A DNA stretch of 64,000 nucleotides from Candidatus Faecicola pullistercoris (GCA_018714105.1 DVNW01000006.1:5689-69688), one strand, 5' to 3'. Positions 48,889 to 59,088 are shown, counted from the first letter of the stretch. Notes: a model not told the origin generated them from the sequence alone. Translations and numbers: made by a program.

Positions 48889-50395
48889 CGGTAACTTCCT
48901 CCATGTGCTTGTTGACGGCGTTGACGTAGGCGAGTATGGCGCTTTCGAGAACGTCGGTGGAAACGCCGCGGCCCGTAAAGAGTTTATCTCCGAGGCGTAG
49001 TTTGATTACGCTTTCGCCGAGTGCGTCTTTACCTTCGGTAACCGAATGAATGGCAAAGTCTTCCAGCGCGAAATCGTATCCCGTAATATTGTTTATGGCT
49101 TTGAAGGCCGCGTCCACGGGGCCGTCGCCGCTGGCGGTTTCCGAAATGACTTCGTCGTTGCTGATAAGCGAAACCTGCACGGAAGCGCCGCCTTTGAATG
49201 AAGACGCCTCGTAATTGTCCAGCGCGTACATGCGGTTGGAAATGGGGCGGGACAGTTTGGGCATGATGGCCTCGATGTCCAGTTTGGAAACCGTTTTCTT
49301 TTTATCGGCCAGATCCTTGAATTTTTTGAAGGTATAGTCGAGCGTGGCGGCGTCGAGTTCGTAGCCCATTTTTTTGATTTCGGCCGCGAAGGCGTGTCTG
49401 CCGCTGTGTTTTCCCAGCAGGAGTTTGTTGTTGGTGATGCCGATGCTTTCCGGGGTCATGATTTCGTAGGTGGAAGGGGATTCGAGAACGCCGTGCTGAT
49501 GAATACCCGCTTCGTGAGCAAAGGCGTTTTCGCCTACTACGGCCTTGTTGGGCGGAATTTTACGGCCTATGATTCCGGTTACGAGTTTGCAGGTGCGGTA
49601 AATCATTTTGGTATTGGCGGCGGTATCGCAGCCGTAAAAAGCCTTTCGCGTTTTAAAGCCCATTATGATTTCTTCCAGGGCGGTGTTTCCCGCTCGCTCG
49701 CCTATACCCGTTACAGTACCCTCTATCTGGTCAGCCCCGGCCCGTACCGCGGCTATGGAATTAGCTACGGCAAGGCCCAGGTCGTCGTGGTTGTGAGTGC
49801 TCAATACCACGTCGGAATTCTCGCCGAGAGAAGCCTTGACAGAGGAAAAGATATTATATATTTCGTCGGGCGTGATATAGCCTACCGTGTCGGGCAGGTT
49901 TATTATTTTGGCTCCGGCGTCCACTGCAGTTTTCGTAGCCTTTATAAGAAATGGAAGTGGGGTGCGGCAAGCGTCTTCAAAAGAAAACTGAATTTCCTTA
50001 AAAAACTTTTTCGCATAGTTTATAGACTCGCTTATAGCCTCTAAAACCTGTTCTTCGGTCATTTTAAGCTTATATTCGAGATGTATAGGCGAAGTCGCTA
50101 TAAACAGATGAAGCCGTGGAAACGCCGCGGGCGCAAGAGCGTCGCGAGCGGCGTCGACGTCAATTTTTCTGCACCGAGCCAGAGCCGCCGCGGTAGTGGT
50201 TTTAAGCAGTTTGGCTATTTCGTAAACGGCTTTGAAGTCGCCGTCAGAAATAACGGGGAAACCGGCCTCGATTATATCTATGTTAAGCTTTTCGAGGGTT
50301 TCGGCAATTTCCAGTTTTTCGTTGATATGCATGCTGCATCCGGGCGATTGTTCGCCGTCGCGCAGCGTGGTATCGAGCAGTTTGATTTGTCTCAT
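48878..50395 (-). CDS. leuA: 2-isopropylmalate synthase
   Basis: [13 protein letters not shown] and HNHDDLGLAVAN, 505 aa. Confidence 0.9.
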   Translation of the reverse strand: MRQIKLLDTTLRDGEQSPGCSMHINEKLEIAETLEKLNIDIIEAGFPVISDGDFKAVYEIAKLLKTTTAAALARCRKIDVDAARDALAPAAFPRLHLFIATSPIHLEYKLKMTEEQVLEAISESINYAKKFFKEIQFSFEDACRTPLPFLIKATKTAVDAGAKIINLPDTVGYITPDEIYNIFSSVKASLGENSDVVLSTHNHDDLGLAVANSIAAVRAGADQIEGTVTGIGERAGNTALEEIIMGFKTRKAFYGCDTAANTKMIYRTCKLVTGIIGRKIPPNKAVVGENAFAHEAGIHQHGVLESPSTYEIMTPESIGITNNKLLLGKHSGRHAFAAEIKKMGYELDAATLDYTFKKFKDLADKKKTVSKLDIEAIMPKLSRPISNRMYALDNYEASSFKGGASVQVSLISNDEVISETASGDGPVDAAFKAINNITGYDFALEDFAIHSVTEGKDALGESVIKLRLGDKLFTGRGVSTDVLESAILAYVNAVNKHMEEVTDEQ

Positions 50396-50404
50396 ATATA
50401 CACC

Positions 50405-50911
50405 TTAAACCTGATCTTTAATACACTTTCTTCCTCTGCCGAGCGCGGCGCCGCCCGTTCTGGCCATTTCGAGAATTCCGAATGGCGAAAGCACTTCTAT
50501 AAATGCGTCTATTTTGGCGGAGTCGCCCGTAAGTTCCAGCATCATGGTATCGTCGGCCGATATATCCACGGTTTTGGCTTTGAATATGGTGGAAATATCC
50601 ACTATTTCGCTGCGTTCCGAGGGTTTAACGTTTACTTTTATAATCAGCAGTTCCCTGAATACGCTTTTGTCTTTTTCGAAATCGGCGACTTTGGCCACGT
50701 CGATTTGTTTTTCGAGCTGCGCGGCAATCTGCTTTATGGATTTGTCGTTGGCCGATACCGTTATGGTCATTCTGGAAAACTCGTCGTCCTCGGTAGCGCA
50801 TACCGAAAGACTGTCGATGTTGTATCCTCTTCTGGAAAAGAGGCCTGCTATTCTCGACAGGACGCCGGGTTTGTTGTTTACGAGTATTGACAAAACGTGT
50901 CTTTCCTGCAT
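50405..50911 (-). CDS. ilvN: Acetolactate synthase small (regulatory) subunit
   Basis: HVLSILVNNKPGVLSRIAGLFSRRGYNI ACT domain, 168 aa. Confidence 0.93.
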   Translation of the reverse strand: MQERHVLSILVNNKPGVLSRIAGLFSRRGYNIDSLSVCATEDDEFSRMTITVSANDKSIKQIAAQLEKQIDVAKVADFEKDKSVFRELLIIKVNVKPSERSEIVDISTIFKAKTVDISADDTMMLELTGDSAKIDAFIEVLSPFGILEMARTGGAALGRGRKCIKDQV

Positions 50912-50922
50912 TTGAAATCTCC

Positions 50923-52497
50923 TCAGTCTAAAATATTTATAGGCGTTTTAATGTGAATCAGAGTGGGTTTATCCTTGTGTTTCAGAGCGTCTTTCACGGC
51001 CGAAACCATACTTTCTTCAGAATTTGCCCTTACGGCGCGGGCGCCCATCGCTTCGGCCAGGGCCGCGTAATCGGTGCGGAGATTGAGGGTGGAACAGAAG
51101 TAGCGTCCCCGATAGGATTTTTTCTGAAATTTGCGTATCATACCAAGACTGTTGTTGTCGAACAGCATGACGATAAGAGGCAGTTTATATCTGACGGCGG
51201 TAGCCAGTTCGTTCATATCCATATTGAAACTGCCGTCACCCGTAACGAGTACGGTAGGAGAACTTCCGTCGGCAAACAGCGCGCCGATTGCCGCGCCCGT
51301 TCCGAACCCCATACTGCCCAGCCCGCAGGACGAGATGAATTTGTCGTTTCCGTCGAATTTAAACGAAGCGGCAGCCCACAATTGATGCAGGCCCACGTCG
51401 GTAACCACGGTTTTGGACGGGGGAAGAACGCTGTCCGCCGCCGCCAGCAGGCCGAAAGGCAAAGAAGGGGGCAGACTCGGGGAGCCGAGAAGGGAAACGA
51501 GCGATTCGGTTTTGGGATTAAGCCGCGGCAGAAGCAGTTCGAGAGCCTCTTTCAGGTCACAGGCGAGATATCCGTCCGCGGTGTGGTTTTTATCGATTTC
51601 GGCCATATCGATGTCGATATGAACGAGCTTCATTTTTTTATTGTAGGTCAGAAAACCGTTTTCGGCCTTACTTGCGAAACGCGCGCCGAGACATACGAGC
51701 AAATCCGCGCTTTGCAGAGCCCTTGCGGGCAGGGGATTATGAGCTACTGCCGTGCCTATGGACAGGGGATGGGAGCAGTCGAATGCGCCGATGCCCATCA
51801 TGGAGGTTGCCACGGGAGCGTTGATTCTGCTTGCGAATTTCTCGATAAGCGGTTTGCAGGCCGAAGCTTTGGCTCCGCCGCCGGCATATATCAGAGGATA
51901 GCGGCTTCCGTTGATAAGTGAGACTACCTTTTCAATAGAGGACAGGTCTTTTTTAAGAGGTCTGACCGAGATCTCCGGACAGCGGTATTCGGCCGTTTGG
52001 GCAAAAACGTTTTCGGGTATATCGATGACCACCGGGCCTTTGCGGCCCGATGAGGCTATCGCGAAGGCCTCGCTTATTACGGCGGGAATATCCTCGGCGT
52101 TTTTGACTATATATCCGTATTTGGTGACGGGCATGGTAATACCGAAAGTATCCACTTCCTGAAAACTGTCGCGGCCGAGCTTGTCCGTACTTACGTTGCC
52201 CGTGATGACCACTAGAGGAACGCTGTCCATAAAGGCGTCGGCTATGCCCGTTACCAGGTTGGTGGCGCCCGGACCGCTCGTGGCAATCACCACGCCGGGC
52301 CGCCCCGACGAGCGCGCGTAACCGTCGGCGGCAAATACGGCGCCTTGCTCGCCTGCGGTAAGAACGCAGTTTATTTGTTCAAGCGCGCACAGGGAATCGA
52401 GCAGCGGCAGAACCGCTGCTCCGGGATAACAGAACAAGGTATCCACACCTTGATTTAACAGAGATCGGGCAACTAGCCATGCCCCGGAACTTTTCAT
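50923..52497 (-). CDS. ilvB: Acetolactate synthase large subunit
   Basis: ThDP enzyme with GDGSFNM ThDP/Mg motif, 524 aa. Confidence 0.92.
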   Translation of the reverse strand: MKSSGAWLVARSLLNQGVDTLFCYPGAAVLPLLDSLCALEQINCVLTAGEQGAVFAADGYARSSGRPGVVIATSGPGATNLVTGIADAFMDSVPLVVITGNVSTDKLGRDSFQEVDTFGITMPVTKYGYIVKNAEDIPAVISEAFAIASSGRKGPVVIDIPENVFAQTAEYRCPEISVRPLKKDLSSIEKVVSLINGSRYPLIYAGGGAKASACKPLIEKFASRINAPVATSMMGIGAFDCSHPLSIGTAVAHNPLPARALQSADLLVCLGARFASKAENGFLTYNKKMKLVHIDIDMAEIDKNHTADGYLACDLKEALELLLPRLNPKTESLVSLLGSPSLPPSLPFGLLAAADSVLPPSKTVVTDVGLHQLWAAASFKFDGNDKFISSCGLGSMGFGTGAAIGALFADGSSPTVLVTGDGSFNMDMNELATAVRYKLPLIVMLFDNNSLGMIRKFQKKSYRGRYFCSTLNLRTDYAALAEAMGARAVRANSEESMVSAVKDALKHKDKPTLIHIKTPINILD

Positions 52498-52573
52498 ATT
52501 ATTCCCCTCGGCGCACCGCAGCCGAGGTTTATCGGCCCCTTTTTACGTGTACGCGAATATATTAATTACAGTT

Positions 52574-52603
52574 ATTTTAGTATAATGCGGCCCGATAAGT
52601 CAA
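52574..52603 (-). promoter_or_regulatory. Candidate promoter of the ilv-leu operon
   Basis: Minus strand TTGACT, 18 nt, TAAAAT. The leader is about 70 nt. Confidence 0.4.
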
Positions 52604-52685
52604 CGGATTTAAACAATATACCCGAAATAAACCGATATATACAAAATGTTATAAAAATATGCCGTTTCTTACATAAAACATTACA

Positions 52686-52714
52686 TTGACATCTAATTAT
52701 CGGCATGCTACTAT
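52686..52714 (+). promoter_or_regulatory. Sigma-A type promoter of the RND gene
   Basis: TTGACA, 17 nt, TACTAT. Confidence 0.5.
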
Positions 52715-52801
52715 TAAATTGCTGTATTATTAATATTCAGAAAACAAGTTTGCGCGCAAGGTCCGTAACGGCGGCGTATTTTTATCTAAGAAGGTGAAAA
52801 A

Positions 52802-55800
52802 ATGTTAACCGAATTCAGCATTAAAAAGCCCTTTACCGTAGTGGTTTTAATGGTAATCATTCTGATACTCGGCGGCGTGTCTTACGCCAATGCCAGCGTG
52901 GATTTGCTTCCCGACATGAATCTCCCGTACCTGGTTGTGGCAACCGTTGCGGTAGGTTCTTCGCCCGAGCAGGTGGAAGCCAACGTCACCAAGCCCACCG
53001 AGGAGGTGCTGGCCACTCTTAACGACGTCAAGAACATATCGTCGATGTCGATGGAAAACGTATCCATGATAATTCTCGAATACGAGAGCAACGCCGATAT
53101 AGATTTAGCCATAGTCGACGTGCGCGAAAAGCTGAATATGCTCGACCTTATAGATTCGGTAGGCGATACCGTGACTTCGGTAACGGGCGACGGCGGCAGT
53201 GTAACGGATATGGTAAGCGGGTTGAATTTTACTCCCATAATAGTTAAACTCAATCCGTCGATGCTGCCCGTAATGATGATGACCATGAGCCTGAAAAACG
53301 CGGGGACGGAGCAGTCCGAGGCGAAATATAGAGAGATTATCAAAGAAATCGAAGCCGTGTCAGGCGTGGCGTCGGTATCCACGAGCGGACTTGTGGAAGA
53401 TCTTCTGCTGATGAAATTCAGCACGGGGCATCTTGCGCAGGACCTCGTTTCTCAGATAGACAACGAACTGGTCAGAAACATGTTTTACGGCATGCTCGAA
53501 GATTTCGATCTGAGCGGCGTTACCCAATCGGTGGGCGAGTTGCTTACGCCCGCACTGATTAAAACTCTGCTTTCGGCGCAGGACCTCGACATGCCTGTCG
53601 GCAGCACGGTAGAGCAGGAGCTCGGCTATTTCGTGAAGCTGGGCGATAAAATTCAGAGCAGGGAAGAGCTGGAAAACACGCCTCTTATAGGAATCGACGC
53701 GGGCGCGTTCGTTTCCGTTCTTAACGACCAAGCCGAAAAATTCGGCGGTACGGTTTATATAAACAAAGCAGCTCTTCAGGCCGCCTTCGAAAGCGTAGCC
53801 CTCATCGGACAGTCCGTGACTACGGTTAAGGAAACCCATAAGGTAGAAACCGTGCCCGACGGCGACGGCGTAACCGAAACCATAGATGTTGTAACCGAAA
53901 AAGAAGTTAAACTGTCGGTTCAGCTTACAGAAACCGTGTTCAGCGGCATTAAGAACATGGAAAATCCTCTCCTGTCGGTAGTTACGAGAGGGGACGAGGA
54001 AGTCCTTTCGGTAAGCGAATCGGTCTTCGGCGCGCTCACGGGCGCCTTTATGCCTTCCGACGGATACGCGGGGCAGAAGTTTTATCTTACTCTGGGTTCG
54101 GTAACGGATATTTACGACCTTAACACTTCGGGCGAATTCATCACAAGTCTTAACGGCGAGCCTACCGTCTCGCTGACCATAATGAAACAGCCGAGCGGTT
54201 CCACGGTCGAGGTGTCGGACGAGATCAACGCCATTCTTCAAAAACACGCAGAGGAGGACCCCGACTTTACCTATCTCGCGCTGTTCGACCAGGGCGATTA
54301 CATCAACGTGGTTATAGACAGCATTATCGAAAACATGCTGCTGGGCGCCGTGTTTGCGGTAATAGTGCTTATTATCTTTTTAAGACGCATTAAACCCACT
54401 TTGCTTGTTACGGTATCCATAGCGATAAGCGTTGTAGCCACTTTCGTACTGATGTACCTTTCGGGTATTACGCTCAACATCGTTTCCATGGGCGGTCTGG
54501 CACTGGGAATAGGAATGCTGGTAGATAATTCCATAGTGGTAATAGAGAACATATACAGGCACCGAGGGTTGGGGAAAGACCCGTTACGGGCCTCGATCGA
54601 CGGCGCGAAGCAGGTTACGGGCGCAATAGTGTCTTCCACGCTTACCACGATAATAGTATTTCTGCCCTTGCTGTTCACGCAAGGAATAGTGCGTCAGATT
54701 TTTGCGGACATGGCGATAACGATTGCATTCTCGCTTGTGGCCAGCCTTATATTCGCGATAACCCTGGTGCCGCTTACCATGACTACCAAAGTATTCGGAA
54801 GCCAGAAAGCGGCAAAGGACAAAAATTTCGACAAATTCAAGGACTTTTACGCAAAAGTGCTTACTTACGCGCTTAACCGCAGGTGGATTACCGTGCTTCT
54901 GGTTACCGTACTGTTTGCGGGCAGCGTGACGGGCGCCTTCTTTATGGGCATAGAGTTTTTCCCGTCTTCGGACACGGGCAGACTTTCGCTGACGGTGGAA
55001 TTCAATCTCGACAATCTGCCCGAGGACATGACTTATAACGATCTGTCCGTACGTACCGTCGAGGACATAAACAAAAAAGTAACGGCTCTCGATTACGTGC
55101 AAACCGTGGGTATATCCGAATCCACCGGGCTTATGGGCATGGTAGGCGGAGATATGGTTGCTTCGGCATCCACCACGCACACGCTTACGGGATATATAAT
55201 TCTGGACCCGAAAGCCCGTATATCCGACAGCCGCGCGGCCACGGAGATAAGTAAGCTGATAGAAAGCGAGGACGGACTTTACGTAACCGATCTGAAGACG
55301 GATTCTTCAAGTAACAACATAATGGCCGGATATCTGGGCGATTCGCTGTCGCTAAACGTTTACGGCGACGACCTTGACGATCTGATTCAGGCTACCGGTC
55401 AGATACAGGCCGCTTTGAGCGAAATCGACGGCGTTACGAACATTACTTCGGGGCTGGACGACGCTCAGCTCGAATACAATCTTACGATAGACAAGAACAA
55501 AGCCAGCGAATACGGCGTTTACGTCGGTACGGCAATGCTCTCCGTGATGCAGGCGCTGCAGACGGGCGAAGCGGGGGCCGAACTTACGTTTAAAGGAAGT
55601 CAGTCGTCCACTTCTCTTACGATATATCCGTCGGACGTCGTTATACAGATATGGAAACGCGCCGCCGGCGATAACGGTACAAGCGTAGCGATTTACCTCG
55701 AACAGACCAAAATATATAAATTCGAAAACAACGCTTCGTCCAGGTATTACGTATTGAATTCGGGCGAGGCATTTACGGCGGGCGACGGAACTTACGTCGA

Positions 55801-57163
55801 GCAGGGCGATAAAATATATCTTACTCCGACCGACGGTTCGGTTTACGAGTACGTCGTAACAAGCGGCGATAAAACCTCGGTAAAAGAGATAAGTCTTAAC
55901 GGCGGTTTCGTTTACAGGGAAAATGCTTACGTTGTAAATTACGGCGAGGCCTTGATTTTAAGCGACGGCACGTCCGTACCCGCCGGAGGCAGGATATATC
56001 TGTCCTACGCAGACGGCAAATATTATTATAATCGGGCGGACGGGGGCGCAGTAAGCTATACGCCTGACGCCAACAACAAAATTTACTACTCGGCCGCCGA
56101 ATCCGATCCCGTCAATCTGCTTACCATTCCCGTAGCATGCATGACGGCGGGCGATCTAGGCGATATATCGTCGGTGACGGGCGGAAATTCCACGGTAACC
56201 GTACCCTTGTGGAAACTGCTCGAGGACGACTGCTTCGTTAAGGATGCGGACGGCAACGTGCTGATGACCGTGGACGGCGAGGGGAATCCTATACCCGTCG
56301 GCATAGAAAAAAGCAAGAGTCAGATTACGGTTATGCGCGAAAACGGCAGAAGATACATGAGCGTATCGGCAGGCATCACCTCGGATACCGATATAGGCAG
56401 CGTGAAAACCGAAGTCGAAAAGGTTATCGGCAACCTCGGCCTGCCCTCGGGTATAACGTACGAATACGGCGGCCAGAGCGCGATAGTGGACGAAACCTTC
56501 GATACGATATATTTTGTATTAGGTATGGCGATACTGTTTATCTACCTTGTTATGGTGGCTCAGTTCCAGTCGCTGAAATCGCCCTTTATAGTGATGTTTA
56601 CCATACCTCTTGCATTTACGGGCAGCATACTGACCCTGATGATAAGCGGTATGAACCTCTCCGTCCCCGCGATGATAGGAATGGTCGTGCTTGTGGGCGT
56701 AGTGGTGAACAACGGTATAGTATTTGTGGATTACGCCAACAAACTGATAGACGCGGGTATGACGGTCAAAGAGGCTCTCGTGAAAACGGGCTGCGACAGA
56801 CTGAGGCCTATCCTCATGACCGCGCTCACCACGATATTCGCCATGCTTGCCATGGCGCTTGACGGCTCGGAAACCGGCGCGATGCTGAGGCCCATGGCGG
56901 TAGCCACGATGGGCGGACTCGCGTACGCCACACTGCTGACGCTGTTCTTCGTACCCGTGGTATACAGCGCGTTTAACAAAAACCGCAAGAAAAAGGACCG
57001 CATAGAGGAATATATGCTGGCCGAGCTCGAAGGCATGGAAGGAATTAATCTTACCTCCGGGTCCGAGGAAAGCGAACAGGCGCCCGCGGTGCTGGATATT
57101 CAGCAGCGCACGGCGGCCGGTTACGGAGGATCTGACGCGGGCAGAGACGACGGCAGGGTATAA
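52802..57163 (+). CDS. RND-superfamily efflux permease, unusually long (1453 aa)
   Basis: AcrB/SwrC-like topology: TM1, loop, TM2-6, TM7, loop, TM8-12. Conserved GIGMLVDNSIVVIENI and VGVVVNNGIVFVDY blocks. Both outer loops are about 480-515 aa. Confidence 0.85.
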   Translation: MLTEFSIKKPFTVVVLMVIILILGGVSYANASVDLLPDMNLPYLVVATVAVGSSPEQVEANVTKPTEEVLATLNDVKNISSMSMENVSMIILEYESNADIDLAIVDVREKLNMLDLIDSVGDTVTSVTGDGGSVTDMVSGLNFTPIIVKLNPSMLPVMMMTMSLKNAGTEQSEAKYREIIKEIEAVSGVASVSTSGLVEDLLLMKFSTGHLAQDLVSQIDNELVRNMFYGMLEDFDLSGVTQSVGELLTPALIKTLLSAQDLDMPVGSTVEQELGYFVKLGDKIQSREELENTPLIGIDAGAFVSVLNDQAEKFGGTVYINKAALQAAFESVALIGQSVTTVKETHKVETVPDGDGVTETIDVVTEKEVKLSVQLTETVFSGIKNMENPLLSVVTRGDEEVLSVSESVFGALTGAFMPSDGYAGQKFYLTLGSVTDIYDLNTSGEFITSLNGEPTVSLTIMKQPSGSTVEVSDEINAILQKHAEEDPDFTYLALFDQGDYINVVIDSIIENMLLGAVFAVIVLIIFLRRIKPTLLVTVSIAISVVATFVLMYLSGITLNIVSMGGLALGIGMLVDNSIVVIENIYRHRGLGKDPLRASIDGAKQVTGAIVSSTLTTIIVFLPLLFTQGIVRQIFADMAITIAFSLVASLIFAITLVPLTMTTKVFGSQKAAKDKNFDKFKDFYAKVLTYALNRRWITVLLVTVLFAGSVTGAFFMGIEFFPSSDTGRLSLTVEFNLDNLPEDMTYNDLSVRTVEDINKKVTALDYVQTVGISESTGLMGMVGGDMVASASTTHTLTGYIILDPKARISDSRAATEISKLIESEDGLYVTDLKTDSSSNNIMAGYLGDSLSLNVYGDDLDDLIQATGQIQAALSEIDGVTNITSGLDDAQLEYNLTIDKNKASEYGVYVGTAMLSVMQALQTGEAGAELTFKGSQSSTSLTIYPSDVVIQIWKRAAGDNGTSVAIYLEQTKIYKFENNASSRYYVLNSGEAFTAGDGTYVEQGDKIYLTPTDGSVYEYVVTSGDKTSVKEISLNGGFVYRENAYVVNYGEALILSDGTSVPAGGRIYLSYADGKYYYNRADGGAVSYTPDANNKIYYSAAESDPVNLLTIPVACMTAGDLGDISSVTGGNSTVTVPLWKLLEDDCFVKDADGNVLMTVDGEGNPIPVGIEKSKSQITVMRENGRRYMSVSAGITSDTDIGSVKTEVEKVIGNLGLPSGITYEYGGQSAIVDETFDTIYFVLGMAILFIYLVMVAQFQSLKSPFIVMFTIPLAFTGSILTLMISGMNLSVPAMIGMVVLVGVVVNNGIVFVDYANKLIDAGMTVKEALVKTGCDRLRPILMTALTTIFAMLAMALDGSETGAMLRPMAVATMGGLAYATLLTLFFVPVVYSAFNKNRKKKDRIEEYMLAELEGMEGINLTSGSEESEQAPAVLDIQQRTAAGYGGSDAGRDDGRV

Positions 57164-57170
57164 AAGTAAG

Positions 57171-57196
57171 AAAGACGGGCCGGCCCGTCTTTTTTA
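57171..57196 (+). terminator. Intrinsic terminator after the RND gene
   Basis: AAGACGGGCCGGCCCGTCTT followed by TTTT. Confidence 0.8.
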
Positions 57197-57208
57197 CAAT
57201 ATTGAGTA

Positions 57209-57237
57209 TTGACAGCGCGCCGCGGCGCATTTATACT
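57209..57237 (+). promoter_or_regulatory. Sigma-A type promoter of the MFS gene
   Basis: TTGACA, 17 nt (GC-palindromic spacer), TATACT. Confidence 0.5.
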
Positions 57238-57272
57238 TAAAATATAATAAAAACAATTCGGGTGGTATTATT

Positions 57273-58754
57273 ATGAAAGCTGACGGCAACGGAAAAAAAC
57301 TCGGCGCGAACGTATGGACTTCGGTTATCATTTTCGGCCTTTTCGGGCAGATTGCCTGGGTGGTGGAAAACATGTACTTCAACGTATTTATCGACCGCAC
57401 CATGCCGCTCGAGGACAACAGATTCAGCGCGGTTGCTATTTCGGTGATGGTGGCGGCAAGCGCGATAACCGCCACGGCAGCCACTTTAATAGGCGGAATA
57501 TGGTCGGACAGAAAGGGCAACAGGCGTAAATTCATAAGTATCGGCTATATAATCTGGGGACTGGTCATAATGTCGTTTGCGCTGATAACGGTAAACAACG
57601 TGCAGAACCTCGGCATAAAAAGCGTGCAGACCGCTACCGTAATCGCCATAATCGTAGTAGTAATTATGGACTGCGTGATGACCTATATCGGTTCAACCGC
57701 CAACGATTCGGCTTTTAACGCCTGGGTAACCGATAATACGGCGGGCCCCGACAGGGGCAAGGTGGAGGGCGTACTGGCCGTAATGCCCATACTGGCCATG
57801 GCCGCCGTGTTCGGCGGGCTCGACTGGATGACGCAGGACACCTATCTCAACGCGGCGGGCGAGGAAGTCGTGGGCTGGGTTGAGGGCGGCACTAAAATCG
57901 CTACGGGCAACTGGACTCTGTTTTACGTGCTTCTGGGAGCCATAGTCAGCGTTGCGGGCATAGTCGGGTTGTTCACCATAAAGGACAGCCCTTCGCTCAA
58001 ACCCTCGTCCGACAGCAGTTACCGTGATATTTTTTACGGTTTCAGAAAAAGCGTCGTCAAAGCCAACAAAAATCTGTATCTCGCTTATATAGCAATGGGT
58101 ATAATAGGCATCGCCAACAACAGTTATATGACCTATCTCATCATGTATGCCGAAAGGACGCTTCAATATCCTAACGGGAGTTACATACTGCCCGTCGCTA
58201 TAATAATAGTGACGTCGGCCGCGGCAAGCGTGGTGTTCGGAATATATATGGACAAAGCAAAAGACAGGCGCAAATTCATGCTGCCTCTCGCAGGCGTTTA
58301 TCTGCTCGGCGCGATAGGCATGCTGCTTGCAAGCCCGCTGTGCTTTGAGGGGCAGACGCCCATGGCCGCGGTGTGCCTGGCGGGATTTGTACTTATGGGC
58401 GCAAACCTCTGTCTGACAGCCACGATAACCGCGACGGTCCGGGATCTTACGCCTCCCGACAAAACGGGACTGTTCCAAGGCGTGAGAATGGTTTTCTGGG
58501 TGCTTATTCCCATGGTAATAGGCCCCGCGCTTACCGCAATCATACAGCAATTCAGCGAGCCGTCGGGTTCGTTAGACATAAACGGAAACCCGATATACAA
58601 CTATACGCCTTATATGTTCCTGATAGCGGCAGTAATAAGCGTGTTTGCCGTTCTGCCTATTCTGAAACTCGGCAAGGCGCCGCTTGCCGACATGACTCCG
58701 TTTGCGGCTAAAAACGCCGAAAACAATGATGATTTATGCGAATCTGACGAATAA
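57273..58754 (+). CDS. MFS transporter
   Basis: 493 aa, about 12 TM, with the loop motif WSDRKGNRRKF. Confidence 0.8.
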   Translation: MKADGNGKKLGANVWTSVIIFGLFGQIAWVVENMYFNVFIDRTMPLEDNRFSAVAISVMVAASAITATAATLIGGIWSDRKGNRRKFISIGYIIWGLVIMSFALITVNNVQNLGIKSVQTATVIAIIVVVIMDCVMTYIGSTANDSAFNAWVTDNTAGPDRGKVEGVLAVMPILAMAAVFGGLDWMTQDTYLNAAGEEVVGWVEGGTKIATGNWTLFYVLLGAIVSVAGIVGLFTIKDSPSLKPSSDSSYRDIFYGFRKSVVKANKNLYLAYIAMGIIGIANNSYMTYLIMYAERTLQYPNGSYILPVAIIIVTSAAASVVFGIYMDKAKDRRKFMLPLAGVYLLGAIGMLLASPLCFEGQTPMAAVCLAGFVLMGANLCLTATITATVRDLTPPDKTGLFQGVRMVFWVLIPMVIGPALTAIIQQFSEPSGSLDINGNPIYNYTPYMFLIAAVISVFAVLPILKLGKAPLADMTPFAAKNAENNDDLCESDE

Positions 58755-58782
58755 AAGGTCGATTTTTGCAAAAAATAAGGAT

Positions 58783-59088
58783 ATGAGCTTTTACGACAAA
58801 GTATACGAACAAGTAAAAAAGATACCGTACGGAAAGGTTGCCACATACGGACAGATTGCCGTTCTGTGCGGTTCGCCTCGGGCGTCGAGGGCGGTGGGCT
58901 ATGCGCTTCATTTCAATCCCGATCCGCAGAACATACCTTGTTACAGAGTGGTAAACCGCGAGGGGAAACTGGCTCCGGCGTTTGCTTTCGGCGGGATAGA
59001 CGAGCAGCGGGCAAGACTTTGCGCCGAAGGAGTCAGAGTAGTCGACAATACGGTGGATTTGGCCGTGTACGGCATGAAAGGGAAATAA
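58783..59088 (+). CDS. MGMT-family (Ogt/Atl-like DNA-binding domain only) protein
   Basis: 101 aa. IPYGKVATYGQIA helix-turn-helix and an IPCYRVV active-site-like loop. ATG at 58783 chosen; the track start overlaps the MFS gene. Confidence 0.8.
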   Translation: MSFYDKVYEQVKKIPYGKVATYGQIAVLCGSPRASRAVGYALHFNPDPQNIPCYRVVNREGKLAPAFAFGGIDEQRARLCAEGVRVVDNTVDLAVYGMKGK

